The notes under the pieces: generated by a model | Database searches by the model: none | Told to the model about the DNA's origin: nothing | What the model saw: the letters and a program-made list of their open reading frames with translations, nothing else | Source of the DNA: Candidatus Uhrbacteria bacterium | GTDB taxonomy: Bacteria > Patescibacteriota > Patescibacteriia > UBA9934 > GWF2-40-263 | Length of the DNA: 64,000 bases | Direction: 5' to 3' | Assembly: GCA_026395055.1 (NCBI GenBank) | Contig: JAPLZK010000002.1 | Location: 192,154 to 256,153 of the forward strand | In this document: positions 1-8,071 of the stretch, piece after piece | How the letters are laid out: the number at the start of each line of letters is the position of its first letter | How positions within the stretch are numbered: position 1 is the stretch's first letter | Translations under genes and position numbers: made by a program

Positions 1-433
1 AGAATTCGATCAAAAAATTCTCGACCTCGCGCGTGTTACGCGTGTGACTGCCGGTGGAAAGCGCATGTCTTTTCGTTGTGCACTTGTTATTGGTGACCGA
101 AAAGGACGCGTTGGATTCGGAGTTGCAAAAGGTGCAGACGTTCAAATCGCCGTCGATAAAGCTTATCGTCAAGCAAAAAAGAATTTGGTAACCGTGCCAA
201 TGATTCAAGAAACATTGCCACATGCAGTAACTGTAAAGCTTGGTTCTGCAATGGTCATGTTGAAACCAGCTCCAAAAGGTTCAGGACTTAAAGCTGGTGG
301 AGCCATTCGTGTCATTTTGGAGTACGCGGGAGTTCCAAACGCTGTTTCAAAAATTTTGAACTCGAATAATAAAATCAACATCGCTCACGCAACGTTTCTT
401 GCTATCCGAACATTGAGTGATTCCAAAAAATAA
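1..433 (+). CDS. rpsE: 30S ribosomal protein S5, C-terminal part (5' end lies upstream of window)
   Basis: Translation ...GDRKGRVGFGVAKGADVQIAVDKAYRQAKKNL...GAIRVILEYAGVPN matches the S5 C-terminal domain. Position directly before L15 and SecY is canonical. Confidence 0.9.
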   Translation, partial: EFDQKILDLARVTRVTAGGKRMSFRCALVIGDRKGRVGFGVAKGADVQIAVDKAYRQAKKNLVTVPMIQETLPHAVTVKLGSAMVMLKPAPKGSGLKAGGAIRVILEYAGVPNAVSKILNSNNKINIAHATFLAIRTLSDSKK

Positions 434-437
434 TTGT

Positions 438-872
438 ATGTCACTTTCACTTCACACATTGCAACCAAGCAAGCACTCAAAAAAGGACCGAAAATACATC
501 GGTCGTGGTTTGGGTTCTAAAGGAACCTACTCTGGTCGTGGAGTTAAGGGACAAGGTGCACGTTCTGGTGTTTCTGGATTGAAGTTGAAAGGAATGCGCA
601 AAATTATTCTTTCTACACCAAAGTTGCGCGGATTTAAGGCAAAGAATCCAAAGGCTCAAGTTTTGAACCTTGGAGATCTTACAAAATTATTTGTTGGTGG
701 TGGAAGAATTACGCCAAAGCAATTGTTTGCTAAAAAGCTGATTACAGACCCAACAGCTGTTGTTAAAGTTCTTGGAAAGGGAACGGTTACAGAAAAGTTC
801 ACAATCCAAGGATGTCTCGTTTCCGCATCTGCAAAGGAAAAGATCGAAAAAGCTGGCGGATCTGTTGTCTAG
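438..872 (+). CDS. rplO: 50S ribosomal protein L15
   Basis: MSLSLHTLQPSKHSKKDRKYIGRGLGSKGTYSGRGVKGQ... is a Gly/Arg-rich L15 signature. Start taken at the ATG at 438, inside the longer ORF-track frame. Confidence 0.9.
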   Translation: MSLSLHTLQPSKHSKKDRKYIGRGLGSKGTYSGRGVKGQGARSGVSGLKLKGMRKIILSTPKLRGFKAKNPKAQVLNLGDLTKLFVGGGRITPKQLFAKKLITDPTAVVKVLGKGTVTEKFTIQGCLVSASAKEKIEKAGGSVV

Positions 873-890
873 TCTTTCAAAATTTTCTCT

Positions 891-2153
891 ATGAACACTC
901 TTCTTCGTATCTGGAAAACAAAGGAGCTTCGCTATAACCTGCTCTTTGTTCTCCTTATGCTCGTGGTTTTTCGTATTGCGGCGCATATTCCCGCTCCGGG
1001 AATTGATGCGGCAGCGCTTGCGCAAGTGTTCACAAAAAACCAATTCCTTGGGCTTTTGAACGTTTTTTCTGGTGGAACATTGAAAAACTTTTCGATTGTT
1101 GCCATGGGGGTGATGCCATACATCACGGCTTCCATCATTTTTCAGTTGCTTGGAATGATCGTTCCTCATTTTGAGGAAATGCAAAAAGAAGAATCTGGAA
1201 GACAAAAAATCAATCAATGGACACGTTGGCTCACTGTTCCACTCAGTTTGATTCAGTCTTACAGCTTGATCCTTCTTCTTTCGCGCCAAGGTCAATTTTT
1301 CATTGGGGTACAAAGTACAACAATCTTGCTTGCCATGGTCAGCATGACAGCTGGAACAGTGTTTCTTATGTGGCTCGGTGAATTGATTTCTGAAAAGAAT
1401 ATTGGAAACGGTGTGTCCATCATCATTCTTTCTGGAATCGTCGCCGGTCTTCCAACATCGCTCAGTCAATCTCTCGCTGTATATGATCAGAGTCAACTCG
1501 TGACTCTCATCCTCTTTATTGCAGTTGTTGTTGTGACGGTGATCGGAATCGTTGTCATGAATGAAGCGCAACGCAACATTCCTGTGCAATATGCTCGTCA
1601 TATTCAAGGCTCACGCCTTGCCGGAGGATCCAGTTCACACATTCCTGTTCGTTTGAACATGGGTGGGGTGATTCCAATCATTTTCGCTATTTCTATTATC
1701 TTGTTTCCAACGGTTCTCGCGCAATTCTTCTTGAATGCAAAAACGGCATTCCTTCGAACGACTGCAACGCATGTTCTCCAGCTCTTCCAAAATCAACTCT
1801 TCTACGGAATTGCTTACTTCGTCCTTGTCTTCTTGTTTGCCTACTTCTACACAGCAGTGATTTTTCACCCAGAACAAGTCGCAGAAAATATTCAAAAGCA
1901 AGGCGGATTTATTCCAGGAATTCGACCAGGAAAGCATACGGCGGATTATCTCAACTTTGTCACCAACCGTTTGTTGCTCCTTGGAGCAACATTCCTCGCA
2001 GTGATCGCTGTGTTGCCACTCATTGTCCAGCACTTCACAGGTTCACAGAGTCTCGTCATTGGAGGAACATCTGTCCTCATTATCGTCGCGGTTGTGATCG
2101 ATAGCGTGAAGCAGATCGAAGCCCAGTTGACCATGCGAGAGTACGACCTATAA
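891..2153 (+). CDS. secY: Preprotein translocase subunit SecY
   Basis: 420 aa with ~10 TM helices. Order L15-SecY-Adk-Map is conserved. Confidence 0.95.
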   Translation: MNTLLRIWKTKELRYNLLFVLLMLVVFRIAAHIPAPGIDAAALAQVFTKNQFLGLLNVFSGGTLKNFSIVAMGVMPYITASIIFQLLGMIVPHFEEMQKEESGRQKINQWTRWLTVPLSLIQSYSLILLLSRQGQFFIGVQSTTILLAMVSMTAGTVFLMWLGELISEKNIGNGVSIIILSGIVAGLPTSLSQSLAVYDQSQLVTLILFIAVVVVTVIGIVVMNEAQRNIPVQYARHIQGSRLAGGSSSHIPVRLNMGGVIPIIFAISIILFPTVLAQFFLNAKTAFLRTTATHVLQLFQNQLFYGIAYFVLVFLFAYFYTAVIFHPEQVAENIQKQGGFIPGIRPGKHTADYLNFVTNRLLLLGATFLAVIAVLPLIVQHFTGSQSLVIGGTSVLIIVAVVIDSVKQIEAQLTMREYDL

Positions 2154-2162
2154 ATAAAAGAA

Positions 2163-2188
2163 AACAGCCTTTCGAGGCTGTTTTTTTG
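2163..2188 (+). terminator. Rho-independent terminator after secY
   Basis: Hairpin cagcct-ttcg-aggctg followed by tttttttg. Confidence 0.7.
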
Positions 2189-2199
2189 ATGGGACAGCA

Positions 2200-2631
2200 T
2201 TGACACAACGTCGTTTCCTTGCTAAGTTTCATTGGCGTTTCTCAACAGAAGAATGGGGGAAGTTTCACATGGGATCAATCGACCTGGTTCGTAGATTTTG
2301 GCAGGAGCAAGCGACCGTTACAACGCTTTTGTCTCAACAAATCGGGATTGTTGTTTCTGTAACAGATGAAGGTTTTGTCTTTCGAACGCTCTTTCGAAGA
2401 AGAGAGGAAAAGAAATTCGTTGTCGAAAAGATAGATCCTCAGGATGCATCGGGAGACGAATTGTTCCCATGGACCTGGTTTTCAGAGAAAAATCGTCCTC
2501 TTGTTACGCCTGGTGTCACGCTTCATCTCGAGTCTCGTTACGAAGATTCTGTTCGGTACAGAGGTGGTGTGAAGGAGTTCGGAAGGAATCGTCGTAAGAA
2601 ATGCACCTCTTTTAGGATCCTTAAGCCCTGA
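2200..2631 (+). CDS. Hypothetical Arg-rich protein (TTG start in track; first in-frame ATG near 2269)
   Basis: 143-codon ORF inserted between secY and adk and bounded by hairpin terminators on both sides. No recognisable motif, so coding status uncertain. Confidence 0.3.
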   Translation: MTQRRFLAKFHWRFSTEEWGKFHMGSIDLVRRFWQEQATVTTLLSQQIGIVVSVTDEGFVFRTLFRRREEKKFVVEKIDPQDASGDELFPWTWFSEKNRPLVTPGVTLHLESRYEDSVRYRGGVKEFGRNRRKKCTSFRILKP

Positions 2632-2652
2632 TTTGTCATCGGGGCTTTTTTC
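2624..2652 (+). terminator. Rho-independent terminator
   Basis: agccc-tgatttgtcatc-ggggc followed by ttttttct. Confidence 0.6.
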
Positions 2653-2748
2653 TCGCCAAAAATCCGATATTTGCTATACTACCCCTGCATTCATTCCCGT
2701 CCGTCGAGACGGGATGATGGGCTTACTCTTCACATTCAATACAGTATG

Positions 2749-3420
2749 CATCAACTCCAAAACAAGCCCTACAAGGTCATTTTATTTGGACCTCAAGGAA
2801 GCGGAAAAGGAACCCAGGCCCACTTGCTCTCAGAAGAATTCGGAATCCCAACGTTTAGTATGGGGCAGCTTATTCGTGATGAAATCGCGACTGGTTCGGA
2901 TATGGGAAAGCGTTTTGCTCCCATCGTAGAGGAGGGGAAGTTGATTGCGGACATGGACGCTGCTGATTTGTTGAAGCACCGCCTCGCGAATCCGGATGCG
3001 AAGGATGGATACATCCTCGATGGATTTCCACGCGATCGCGCACAGGCGAAGGCGTTTGACTTTGATCGTCCAACACACCTGATCATTATTCACATTCCAC
3101 ATGACGTCTCACTCGAGCGTTTGAAAGGACGATTAACAGACGACAAGACCGGAAAAATTTATAGTACAAAAGATGGACACGTTGCTGGTGAAAAAACACC
3201 GGAAGGCGGAACACTGTTCGTTCGTAAAGACGATGTATCGGAAGCGATTGAAAAACGATTACAAATTTATCAAACGGAAACTTTCGCCGTGATCGATGAA
3301 TACGTGCAAACGGGAATCCCGATTCACCACGTAGACGGTCTCGGTTCTGTCGATGAAGTCCAGAAGCGACTTGTCGGTGCGATCGAAGAGGTTTGTCGTA
3401 TTCCCGCACACTCAGATTAG
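2749..3420 (+). CDS. adk: Adenylate kinase
   Basis: P-loop VILFGPQGSGKGTQA, NMP-binding GQLIRDEI and LID region (long form without Cys4). Start trimmed to MHQLQNKPYKV within the longer track ORF. Confidence 0.9.
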   Translation, partial: HQLQNKPYKVILFGPQGSGKGTQAHLLSEEFGIPTFSMGQLIRDEIATGSDMGKRFAPIVEEGKLIADMDAADLLKHRLANPDAKDGYILDGFPRDRAQAKAFDFDRPTHLIIIHIPHDVSLERLKGRLTDDKTGKIYSTKDGHVAGEKTPEGGTLFVRKDDVSEAIEKRLQIYQTETFAVIDEYVQTGIPIHHVDGLGSVDEVQKRLVGAIEEVCRIPAHSD

Positions 3421-3425
3421 AAATT

Positions 3426-4208
3426 ATGTCTCTCATCAAAACATCCGAAGAAATAAACGCCATGCGCGAAGGTGGCCACATTCTTTCACGCGCGCTTAAA
3501 GCCGCGGTTGATTCAGTTCGTCCTGGCATCACGCTTCGAGAAGTTGATGCAATTGGTGAGGCGAGCATGCGCGCCGAGGGTGCGACGCCATCCTTCTTGC
3601 ATTACAAAACATCGCCGTCAGATACACCGTTTCCAAGTACAATTTGTCTCTCGGTCAATGAAGAGATTGTGCACGGACTCGGAAATCGCGATCGCGTACT
3701 TCTCGAGGGCGATATTCTTGGGCTCGATATTGGATGTTGGTACAAAGGATTGTGTACGGACATGGCCGTCTCTGTGTATGTAGGCGAAAAGCCACCTGAG
3801 AAGATTGTTAAACTTCTTGCTGTTACAAAAGAAGCATTGCTTGCCGGAGTTGCGGCCGCACATGTTGGTGGGGATATTAAAGATATTAGCGCCGCAATCG
3901 AGGCTGTGGTTAAACCACACAAGTACGGAAACGTTCGTGCACTTGTTGGACACGGTGTTGGACATGCGGTGCATGAAAATCCACACGTCCCAAATTTTCT
4001 TTCCCCACAATATCCTTCCATTAAAATCAAAGACGGCATGACGCTTGCTCTTGAGCCTATGTTTGGAATGGGAGGGGATTATCGTGTAGACACAGCAGAT
4101 GACGGTTGGGCTGTTATTATGGCAGATGGATCTATTGGATCGCATTTCGAGGTGACGATTGCCATTACAAAAGAGGGAACAGAAATTTTAACACCATTGC
4201 CCGTTTAA
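3426..4208 (+). CDS. map: Methionine aminopeptidase type I
   Basis: Pita-bread fold motifs and metal ligands in DILGLDIGCWYKGLCTDMA...HGVGHAVHE...ALEPMFG. ATG at 3426. Confidence 0.9.
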   Translation: MSLIKTSEEINAMREGGHILSRALKAAVDSVRPGITLREVDAIGEASMRAEGATPSFLHYKTSPSDTPFPSTICLSVNEEIVHGLGNRDRVLLEGDILGLDIGCWYKGLCTDMAVSVYVGEKPPEKIVKLLAVTKEALLAGVAAAHVGGDIKDISAAIEAVVKPHKYGNVRALVGHGVGHAVHENPHVPNFLSPQYPSIKIKDGMTLALEPMFGMGGDYRVDTADDGWAVIMADGSIGSHFEVTIAITKEGTEILTPLPV

Positions 4209-4217
4209 TAAATATAT

Positions 4218-4574
4218 ATGGAACGAGCGCCGCAAGGAGAACGAAGAGATCAAAAAGAACGCCGTGAGGTCGTTTTTACACCAGCTGTTTTAAATGTTGA
4301 GGAGCCGGATGGTATTCATAATTCGTTTGGAATCATGTTTGATGCCGTAGATGAACCACAGTGTCGATCATATAGATTGGCTATTCGAAAAATTGCCGAT
4401 GCGGAAAAATTACTCCCTTTTCATCAAGGTGGATCGAATGAGAAAATGGGTTGGCAGTATTTTGAATTTTTTGCACAAACAAGTAAGGACGCTGTGCTGG
4501 CTTTGTTTCCAAAAATTCACGAGAAAGCAAAAGAAGAGTTTGATACATTAAAGCGAATGGGATTTTTTGAATAA
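4218..4574 (+). CDS. Hypothetical protein
   Basis: 118-aa ORF tightly packed after map; no motif recognised. Confidence 0.4.
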   Translation: MERAPQGERRDQKERREVVFTPAVLNVEEPDGIHNSFGIMFDAVDEPQCRSYRLAIRKIADAEKLLPFHQGGSNEKMGWQYFEFFAQTSKDAVLALFPKIHEKAKEEFDTLKRMGFFE

Positions 4575-4899
4575 TCGCATGTCTTCTAAATCCAAATTCC
4601 AATCAGACAAATTCAAAAAAGCACGCGGAGGATTTTCGCGCTGGCTTTCGGTGTTTTGCGAGTCGTGTAAAGAACCGATCGTGACATACCAAAAAGATGG
4701 TCCGGGAATTCTGAAGCGCATGTATCTCGACCGGATGGTGAATGTCGACACGCGCAAGTGGCTCAAGTCGAATCTCGAATGTCCCGCTTGCAAAACACTT
4801 CTCGGTGTTCCAATCATGTATAAAAAAGAAGACCGTCCCGCGATTCGATTGTTTGCAGGTGCGGTGGGGAAGAAGATTATTTCGGCGAAAGAACTTTAA
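4567..4899 (+). CDS. Hypothetical zinc-ribbon protein
   Basis: Two CxxC pairs (CESCKEP ... CPACKTL), basic N-terminus. Overlaps the upstream ORF by 8 nt, suggesting translational coupling. Confidence 0.4.
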   Translation: MNNRMSSKSKFQSDKFKKARGGFSRWLSVFCESCKEPIVTYQKDGPGILKRMYLDRMVNVDTRKWLKSNLECPACKTLLGVPIMYKKEDRPAIRLFAGAVGKKIISAKEL

Positions 4900-4901
4900 G
4901 T

Positions 4902-5294
4902 ATGCGCTTACTTGGTATCGACTACGGTCGAAAGAAAATTGGCCTCGCCTTCGGTGATACAGAAACAAAAATTGCTGTTCCTCTTGAAGTTATTTGGAAA
5001 CAAGGAGACGAAGCGATTCGGGATATTGTTTCGATTCTGAAAAAAGAAGATATGGAAGGAATGGTTATTGGAATTCCAAGCGCGGTTGCATCACATCCAA
5101 ACGAGAAGCAGATTGCCATCGTTCGTGCGTTTATTGAGAAGCTCAAAAAACAAACAAGTCTTCCTATTGAAGAAGAAGACGAATCGTTTACGACCGCCGA
5201 GAGTCGAAGACTTATGCACGAGGAAGGAGCAGAAGCTGAAGAAGATGCGCTTGCGGCCATGATCATTCTTCAGTCGTACTTGAATCGTATTTAA
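4902..5294 (+). CDS. ruvX: Putative pre-16S rRNA nuclease / Holliday-junction resolvase-like YqgF
   Basis: MRLLGIDYGRKKIGLAFGD is the hallmark N-terminal YqgF/RuvX motif. Confidence 0.85.
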   Translation: MRLLGIDYGRKKIGLAFGDTETKIAVPLEVIWKQGDEAIRDIVSILKKEDMEGMVIGIPSAVASHPNEKQIAIVRAFIEKLKKQTSLPIEEEDESFTTAESRRLMHEEGAEAEEDALAAMIILQSYLNRI

Positions 5295-5295
5295 T

Positions 5296-6072
5296 ATGTC
5301 TGTGTTGTTCGAGACAACGGCGCTCGTGCTTTCTTGGCGACCGTATCGCGAACATGATCGGTCGTATTCGGCGTTTACGCGGGATCATGGAAAGATCGAA
5401 TTTGTCGCGCGAGGTGGATCGAAACCGCTCGCGAAGTTGACTCCACATCTCGAGACTATGGCGGAAGTTCGACTGCTCCTCGTCGATGGCCGGCAATATT
5501 TCACTGTCGCGGGAACAGATCGAATACGTGCTTTTCGCTCGGTATACGAGAATTTAACGAAGACCACGCTCGTTCAAAATGCCTTCGCCTTCGTGGATCT
5601 TGGAACGAGAACTCACGAACTCGACGAAGATCTCTATGATTTTTTGATGAATTGGCTTGAATTTATTGAAAAAATCCCTGAAATTACGGCCGAACGCGCC
5701 GGATTCCTGCTCGCGACATTTGCCTTGAAATTTCTGTCCCATCTCGGGTATCATCCAGAACTGAGCCATTGTCTTGTGTGTCGCCTTGCGATTCGCGAAG
5801 GGAACTATCGATGGCATGCGCTCAAGGGAGGAGTCGTGTGCGCAACGTGTTTCGACAAAGATCGCGAGCAATGGTTTGCTGCGCGACTCATCGATGACGT
5901 CACGCTCAAGTTGCTGCGCTTCGCCCTTACACAAGAATTCACAGAACAACTTCGTCCACATTTATCTGGAAACACGCTCGCTTCATTTCATGAAACAATC
6001 GAGTCTCTTATCATCGCTCACTTCCCAGTCATTCCCGCTGTCTCCATGCGAGAAGCTTGTAAACATTTGTAA
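5296..6072 (+). CDS. recO: DNA repair protein RecO
   Basis: N-terminal OB fold followed by a C4 zinc motif (CLVC...CATC), ~258 aa. Adjacent to ruvX. Confidence 0.85.
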   Translation: MSVLFETTALVLSWRPYREHDRSYSAFTRDHGKIEFVARGGSKPLAKLTPHLETMAEVRLLLVDGRQYFTVAGTDRIRAFRSVYENLTKTTLVQNAFAFVDLGTRTHELDEDLYDFLMNWLEFIEKIPEITAERAGFLLATFALKFLSHLGYHPELSHCLVCRLAIREGNYRWHALKGGVVCATCFDKDREQWFAARLIDDVTLKLLRFALTQEFTEQLRPHLSGNTLASFHETIESLIIAHFPVIPAVSMREACKHL

Positions 6073-6165
6073 GAAGTAGTCAAGAAGTCGAGGGGTCAAG
6101 TAGTCAAGTCTACTAACTCGTTCGAAAACTCGACTACTCGACTTCTTAACTACTCGACTACTCTT
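6073..6165. repeat. Long imperfect palindrome built from 8-mer repeats, centred on TTCGAA (6121-6126)
   Basis: Left arm has 3-4 copies of (T)AGTCAAG; right arm has 4 copies of the inverse CTCGACTA. Confidence 0.7.
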
Positions 6166-6166
6166 T

Positions 6167-7501
6167 ATGACTTCCACTCTCATCAAATCCATCGGCCAAT
6201 ATGTTGGTCAAGAAGTTCAACTCCAAGGTTGGGCATACAACTTTCGTTCAAGCGGAAAAATTTTCTTTTTGCAATTGCGTGACGGTTCGGCTCGTGTGCA
6301 GATTGTGTATTCGAAAGCGGATGTATCTGAGGAAACATGGAGCGCGCTCGAATCACTTCGTCTCGAGTCGTCTGTTCGTGTATTCGGTCGCGTAAAAGAA
6401 GACGCGCGCGCACCGTCCGGATTCGAACTCGATGGGTTGAGTCTCGAAATCGTCTCGCTCGCCATGGATGAATATCCGATCGGAAAAAAAGATCACGGTC
6501 CAGACTTCTTGCTCGACAATCGTCACTTGTGGTTGCGTTCTGACAAACAGTGGGCAATTCAGCGTGTGCGTGACACGATCATCACCGCAACATACAACTA
6601 CTTTCACGAAAATGATTTCGTAAAATTTGATACACCAATTCTTACACCAACCTCTTGTGAGGGAACAACCGAGCTCTTCGAAATGGATTACTTCGATATG
6701 GGCAAGGGTGAACCAGAGGCCGTGAATACGGGGACTGGTAAAGCATATCTTTCACAGTCAGGACAGTTGTATCTCGAAGCAGGAATTATGTCTCTTGGTC
6801 GCGCGTTCGACTTTGGTCCCGTATTTCGTGCGGAAAAATCAAAAACACGCCGACATCTCACAGAATTTTGGATGATGGATGCCGAAGCGGCGTTCGTTGA
6901 ACATCAGGGTAACATGCAGATTCAAGAAGGATTGATCTGCCGCATCGTTCACGATGTCCTCGCGAATTGCCAACATGAACTCAAGGTTCTCGAACGCGAC
7001 ACAAAGCCGCTCGAAGCGATTCAAGCACCGTTCGTTCACATGACTCACCAAGAAGCGATCGCGAAACTTCGCGAGCTTGGTTCGGACATCGGTGACATGG
7101 ATGATCTCGGTGCCGACGATGAAACGATTCTCACACAACAATTCGATCGTCCAATTTTTATCGAAAAATATCCCGCAGCGGTCAAAGCCTTTTACATGAA
7201 GCGTGATCCATCCAATCCAGAATTCGTTTTGAACAACGACATGCTCGCACCGGAAGGGTACGGCGAAATTATCGGCGGTTCACAACGTGAGGATGATTAC
7301 GAAACACTTCTTGAACGCATGCGAGAGCACAATCTCGCGATCGAACCATTTCAATGGTATCTCGATCTGCGAAAATACGGATCTGTACCACATTCAGGAT
7401 TCGGTTATGGCCTCGAGCGCATCACGGCTTGGATGTGCGGCCTCCAACATATTCGCGAGACAATTCCATTTCCACGTTTGATCAATCGACTGACGCCATA
7501 A
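6167..7501 (+). CDS. asnS: Asparaginyl-tRNA synthetase
   Basis: Class IIb aaRS with N-terminal OB anticodon-binding domain, motifs 1-3 (FRAEKSKTRRHLTEFWMMDAE ... GGSQRE ... GFGYGLERI) and AsnRS-typical KAFYMK. Confidence 0.85.
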   Translation: MTSTLIKSIGQYVGQEVQLQGWAYNFRSSGKIFFLQLRDGSARVQIVYSKADVSEETWSALESLRLESSVRVFGRVKEDARAPSGFELDGLSLEIVSLAMDEYPIGKKDHGPDFLLDNRHLWLRSDKQWAIQRVRDTIITATYNYFHENDFVKFDTPILTPTSCEGTTELFEMDYFDMGKGEPEAVNTGTGKAYLSQSGQLYLEAGIMSLGRAFDFGPVFRAEKSKTRRHLTEFWMMDAEAAFVEHQGNMQIQEGLICRIVHDVLANCQHELKVLERDTKPLEAIQAPFVHMTHQEAIAKLRELGSDIGDMDDLGADDETILTQQFDRPIFIEKYPAAVKAFYMKRDPSNPEFVLNNDMLAPEGYGEIIGGSQREDDYETLLERMREHNLAIEPFQWYLDLRKYGSVPHSGFGYGLERITAWMCGLQHIRETIPFPRLINRLTP

Positions 7502-7600
7502 AAAATAAATTATCCACAAACAGACCCTTGATTTTTGTTTTAAAATGTGTTAGATTCGAATAAAGAGTGTCGATGACTTCATTCAATAACGAATTTATCT

Positions 7601-7867
7601 ATGTTAACAAAAGAAGATTTGGGTCAAATTCGTGAAGTTGTCAGCGATGTAGTTGAGGCTTCCGAAAAACGTGTCACAAAGACAATAATTTTAGCCGTTG
7701 GTGAAATGATTGATCAAAATATCTTGCCACAGTTTGATGAGCTTCATGAAGAGATTAAGGAAATTAAACAAGAAATGCGCGGCATGAATGCAAAAATGGT
7801 CACAAAAGGTGCGCTCGAAGATCGATTAACAGATTTTCGTTTATCGATTGTTGGATCTGCGGTATAG
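7601..7867 (+). CDS. Hypothetical small coiled-coil protein
   Basis: 88-aa ORF with its own terminator downstream. A perfect DnaA-box-like TTATCCACA lies upstream at 7511-7519. Confidence 0.35.
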   Translation: MLTKEDLGQIREVVSDVVEASEKRVTKTIILAVGEMIDQNILPQFDELHEEIKEIKQEMRGMNAKMVTKGALEDRLTDFRLSIVGSAV

Positions 7868-7874
7868 AAGAAGA

Positions 7875-7905
7875 AAACACACCTGTCGGGTGTGTTTTCT
7901 GTTTG
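7875..7905 (+). terminator. Rho-independent terminator
   Basis: acacacc-tgtc-gggtgtgt followed by tttctgtttg. Confidence 0.65.
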
Positions 7906-8071
7906 ACAACCCTTCTCCCCTTTGTCACAATGGTTCCACGTATGCACCGCATTTCTCTTGCAAATAACAATGATGATAACAGCTAATTAAGCTGGTCTTC
8001 TTTGCGCAAGAAAAAACGCCAATGAAACCAGCCAAAGAGCTGGATTTTTTTACGCCTAAGCTCTCCTTTTT

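Noticed and set aside
687-1607. 306-aa minus-strand ORF antisense to secY, and similar long antisense ORFs (for example 3086-3568, 21700-22227, 31791-32402, 39169-39585, 44141-44608, 52709-53230, 59873-60733)
   Set aside because: All lie entirely inside confidently identified conserved genes on the opposite strand and show no recognisable motifs. They are typical antisense frame artefacts.
7511-7519. Perfect DnaA-box consensus TTATCCACA downstream of asnS, considered together with parA/parB as a hint of oriC
   Set aside because: Only a single box, with no cluster of boxes, AT-rich DUE or dnaA/dnaN in the window. One 9-mer match in 64 kb on two strands is close to chance expectation.
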